Assembly (NCBI RefSeq): GCF_963921235.1
Contig: NC_086108.1
Coordinates: 37,450,001-37,514,000, forward strand
Length of the DNA stretch: 64,000 nt
Direction of reading: 5' to 3'
From: Mobula hypostoma
Lineage: Eukaryota
The notes beneath the pieces are model-generated. The model was given only the letters and a program-made list of their open reading frames with translations, made no database searches and was not told where the DNA came from. A program made the translations under genes and the position numbers. The stretch's first letter is position 1. Every line of letters begins with the position of its first letter. Below are positions 59,834-64,000 of the stretch, one piece after another.

Positions 59834-60505
59834 GTCTGGAGGGAGGAGAAGATGGCGGCGCCACACAGCACGCACGGCCGTTCCGAATGAATATCAATAT
59901 GTGTAACTAGGGGGCCGTGCACAAACTGGATTTGATGGGGACAGCCGGGAGAAAGCGCAGAGGAACATCTGGAGAAATTTATGAAATGCCTGCTTGGCTG
60001 CCGCTGCTACTGTGCGATCGAGAATCTCCGGAGACGAAGGCCCCAAATCCACGGCTTTGCATATTGCCTGTTGCCGGAGCCGGGGTGAAAACGCTTGGCA
60101 GAGATGGTGCTCGGTGCTCGGTGTCGAATAGGTGGTTGGAGGCTCAGAGTTTTTCAGACCGACTCAGAGTCGGACTGTGGTCGGATGCTTCCAGGATGCT
60201 GCATCGGCAAGTTGGCGGCGCTGGAGGTTTACCGTCTGCGTGAGATGATGGGACTTTCGAGAGACTCTGAGATTTTTACTGTGCTATGGTCTGTTCTTAT
60301 CAAATTACGGTATTGCTTTGCACTGTTGTAACTTTATGTTATAATTATGTGGTTTTTGTTAGTTTTTAAGTCAGTTTGTCATGTCTTTTCTTGATATCAT
60401 TCTGGAAAAACATTTTTATCATTTCTTAATGCATGCATTACTAAATGACAATTAAAGGCGACTGCGTGTCCTCATAATCATAATCATAACCATAACAATA
60501 ATAAT
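59834..60505 (+). mobile_element. Young non-autonomous retroelement (Rex-like 5' start and 3' tail) inserted in the Gypsy LTR
   Basis: 5' AAGATGGCGGC (as at 44666), CpG-rich body, ..aaatgacaattaaa..(cataat)n tail. Host rejoins at TAAT. Confidence 0.75.
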
Positions 60506-62249
60506 GGAACCTCCATTTGACCAAATGCTATGTAAATACTGGCCCATACAGAATTACCCGTCATTAAGAAATGACAAATCATACACCAGCATAAAATTAT
60601 GAAGAAAGTATATTTATCAACCAGTTTTATCAAACAGTTATTAAGAGAAAGAAGAGGAAAAAAAATACAAGGGCCCATTACAGTTAAAATAGTCTAAATG
60701 TGCATATGACTCTTTGAGCTCGTCTCTTCCAAAAGCTGGGTATAACGATTTCTTACAGTGCTGAATTCTCATCACCAATCACCAGTAGAACTTCCCATCT
60801 AGTGCTCCTTTGTCTTGCAATAGTGTCTTCCCAATCTCCTCTTCTCTGCATCTCCTGCCAAAAGACCACAAAGCCTACCACTGTCTGTCACAAATCTCTC
60901 TCTGCCCAACTCTCTCTAGAATATTTTCCCAATCCCACCATCCTGTTTAGCTGGCACAACATTCCTAATTGAACAACATGGCTCCTCATCTTTAGCCAAA
61001 ACCAAAACATTCTACCAGCAGGACAGACTGCTTCTACAAAAACTACTAAAATGAAATACCTCACAGCATAGCGGTACACAAGCATTGTGTGTTACTTGGA
61101 ACATTTAGGATTATTTGGCTGTTTTATGCTCAGAAACAGCACCATCATCATTCTGCTGTTCAAGAACAGTCTTTAATTTACAACAGCAGAGCAGACAATT
61201 TACTTGACTAACAATTCAGAAACACTAGTTCAAAGTCTATTAATATTAACTGGATACATTAAATGTATTTAATTAAATTAATCTAGAATTAAAGATCACT
61301 GATGTCAAGAATGGTGAACAATGAACTGTGAGACTGTCAAAAATCTCACCTTGATTTTTAATATCCCACAAGGGAGGAGTCAAATTAGTTGATTCTGACC
61401 TTGGGCTAGCCAATAAAGCCTGTATCTCATGAAAAGTCTTAGCTTGCATTTAAAATAATGTTCAGGACAACACAATTTCAACATTGCAGCAATGTGTAAA
61501 TTATATTGTTGAATAAAGCAAAGTGAGACTTTATGTTCAATAGGCTCTTTTTCCTCTCTACTTTATTATCAGTTCAGATTTTGGCACTGATTGCATTGAC
61601 ACTGTATCTGCAACAATGGTGTGAACCAAAAGCAATATAACCATACCCTCAGGACAGTAAAGTTTCTCCATGTTAATCATTTCCAAGCTATCACCATGCA
61701 AATGTGACAATTGATCATTGTCCCTGAAGATTGAGATCAGAGTAATTAAACCATTCAGGTGTAAGAGTCCAGGGAAGACACTGGGTAAAATGGTATTAGA
61801 TGACTAATACTTTAGTGATGAATAGAAAATTGCCCACTGTATGATCTAATCTCAAACCACTTTGTATTTACGTTGTGAAGGGAATTTTGAACATCAATTG
61901 CACGAATGGCCTTAGAAAGAGTCCACCTCTTTCAGAATCAATAATAGGCTGTCTAAAACTCTTGCTAAAACATTGATGAGAATAAGTGTGTTTGCAGTTG
62001 TTTTCAGCAGCTTTACCACCCTAGAACATGTCTATTTCTGAGCAATGTCCTACGCAATTGTTCCTACATTTGAGTTGTAAGAGTTGTAATATTTGCCAAC
62101 TTTGTGGAAATAGATACCTACTTTTGGTGCGTGTCACATATAGTAGGAGCAACTTTTTAAAAATGCTCTCCAGGATTAGCTCTGGCACTCTCTTTTTGTC
62201 ATATCACGTTGATATTTATAAAAACCCAGGGAGAATGGTAGGGATCATT

Positions 62250-62360
62250 TAGAACATAGAACAGTATAGCCCAGACAGGCCATTCAGCCCACAATGCTGT
62301 GCCAACCTTTTAACCTATTTCATGATCAATCTAACTCTTCACTCCTGCATAGTCCTCCAA
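62250..62360 (-). mobile_element. CR1 3' tip
   Basis: tagaacatagaacagtatagc..caggccattcagcccacaatgctgtgcc; compare 3765-3810. Confidence 0.75.
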
Positions 62361-63957
62361 AGTAAGAAATACTTCCTGTTTCCAATTCTTGTAACTAAGA
62401 TCTAAAAATAAATCAGAAAATGAGTGCTGACAACAATAACTTGCACTTTTAGTGAGATGAATGTCCCGTAGGCTTTCACAGATGGTCGGTCAGAAGCAGA
62501 GAAATGGGCTTGGGAAGTTGACCACTCTGCCAGAATTAATTCTTATTTATTTTCCACTTGTCACTCAACTGGAGCTAGGAAATGAGATTCAGCCAAATCT
62601 ACTTACTTTTCATCATCTCCTAAATGCTCCCTCAGTATAAACATTGTGTAGCTGCGTATTGTTAGTACCATTATAAATCACTGTCAATAATACAGAGACA
62701 GATTTCAAATTCAGAACATCACAATAATATTTTGTGAGGTTCTAATATTATAAAAGTCATGCTGCACTAAATCGCATTTTCAGGTTTTTTTATTAAATGC
62801 ACAAAGCAAGGAATAACACCAAATGAAAACACTTTCCTTTTTGTTGGTTAGCAGCACTCTCAACTCTGAACTAAAATATATAGGTTCAAGTCTTATTCCA
62901 TGGAAGTACCTATATATGTGACCCAAGTGCAGAGGTCAGGGAAAAGGAGTGACCACAAGTAATTTGTTCTCTCTCCTACTATGGTCTGGATAATAAGGAC
63001 TTGCTTAACAAAAGGACAGATGACAGATGGGAGTGAAGAAATTAGCATGCAGAATTGACCACACCTCCTCTAAACTTAATGCAATACCTGTTTTTCTATA
63101 ATCATTTTGATACAAGTATGGATTTGAATAAATATGTGCTCTTAGAACTGAGGAAAATTATATGGGCATAATAAAATTCATTGGAGCATATCAACACTTT
63201 CCTGCAGGATTGATGAAAGAAATTATCAGCTTGAATTGCCAACTGTAAAGTAGAATGTATACCACACAGAGCTGAATTACTAACCTACCACTTAATATAT
63301 ATTAAACTAGTGCCACTAAATCCACATCTGGGGTACATTATCAGATCCTGCCATTTTAATGAAAGTGCATACAGGATGGCTTCAATTATTCTGTCGAATA
63401 GGTTTATCTTCACCACAGTGAATTAAAATTAAAGTTCCAAACACAGTTAAATATCACAATTGTCTACACTAGTCTAGGTTAAAACACTTATATTTACTCA
63501 GATAAAAATAATTATTGGGATATCAGATTCATGTGTTTGGAATGTATTACTTTAGCAATGTTATCAAGTCAAGCGTTTCTTTTAAATTCAAGAAAGGAGA
63601 TAAATATGTTCTGTATTCACTGATTGCATTAGCCAGCACTAAAATCTTTCAGAAGAGATAATAAATGCTTATTGCTTGAACAAAATATACAGATGTAGTA
63701 ACTGGTGCACATTTCATCCATTGATTTCATTGGAACTAAAGTTTGGAGAGAAACAGAGTGCCAAAGGCTGACATTGCAATATTGTATGTCTATAAATATC
63801 AGTGCAAGGATGAATAGCCTGATGATATTCTACTGATGGCACAAGTCAGAAGGATAATACATTTCTATATGTTATTCAAAAGAGAGCAAAGAATTCCATG
63901 CTGCCTTCGCCAAGATTCTACCTCAACTAAAACTATGATAAACAGGAATACTATTGT

Positions 63958-64000
63958 GTACACACAAAATAATCTGCAGATGCTGGGGTCAAAGCAACAC
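63958..64000 (-). mobile_element. Penelope pLTR terminus running off the window end
   Basis: aatctgcagatgctggggtcaaagcaacac. Confidence 0.75.

Larger units (their letters stand above)
56895..61096 (-). mobile_element. Gypsy/Ty3 LTR retrotransposon, 5' half (LTR, PBS, PNMA-like gag, protease, RT N-terminus), decayed
   Basis: LTR about 59670-61096 (tgtaac/gttac ends). Degenerate tRNA-Pro-like PBS at about 59649-59668. Gag KRQRLVESLKGPA, zinc knuckle FCYNCGDDGHFKWEC (about 58266-58310), protease VLDTCS (about 58036-58053), RT SPIVVARKKNGKVQMCVDY.TLN. Confidence 0.9.

Noticed and set aside
1..64000. Prokaryotic operon, CRISPR array or defence system
   Set aside because: No gene-dense coding, no regularly spaced repeat-spacer array; the content is vertebrate-type transposons.

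Overview
Vertebrate nuclear DNA with no recognisable host protein-coding gene, no rRNA or true tRNA genes and no CRISPR array. It looks intronic or intergenic. The repeat landscape resembles that of cartilaginous fishes (shark/ray); this is inference from pattern, not a database hit. More than half of the window is a nested mosaic of mobile elements: (i) many CR1 LINEs, some with zinc-finger/coiled-coil plus SGNH-esterase ORF1 and APE-RT ORF2, several inserted antisense into one another; (ii) Penelope-like elements (RT plus GIY-YIG) and about ten short pseudo-LTR (pLTR) fragments; (iii) Rex1/Babar-type LINEs and non-autonomous derivatives; (iv) a decayed Tc1 IR/DR transposon, a Tigger remnant, a hAT MITE and a TTAA-flanked MITE; (v) a Gypsy element with PNMA-like gag and two solo LTRs; (vi) tRNA-derived V-type, CORE-like and Deu-type SINEs. 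The most notable signal is a minimal type I hammerhead ribozyme motif inside the Penelope pLTR. It has an intact core in a young 371-bp insertion with a perfect 13-bp target-site duplication (14392-14762), and short pLTR copies tend to end at this motif. Also notable are a perfect 69-bp inverted repeat inside a heavily decayed element (55038-55358) and a fold-back element made of two inverted pLTR tips. Boundaries of decayed elements are approximate.
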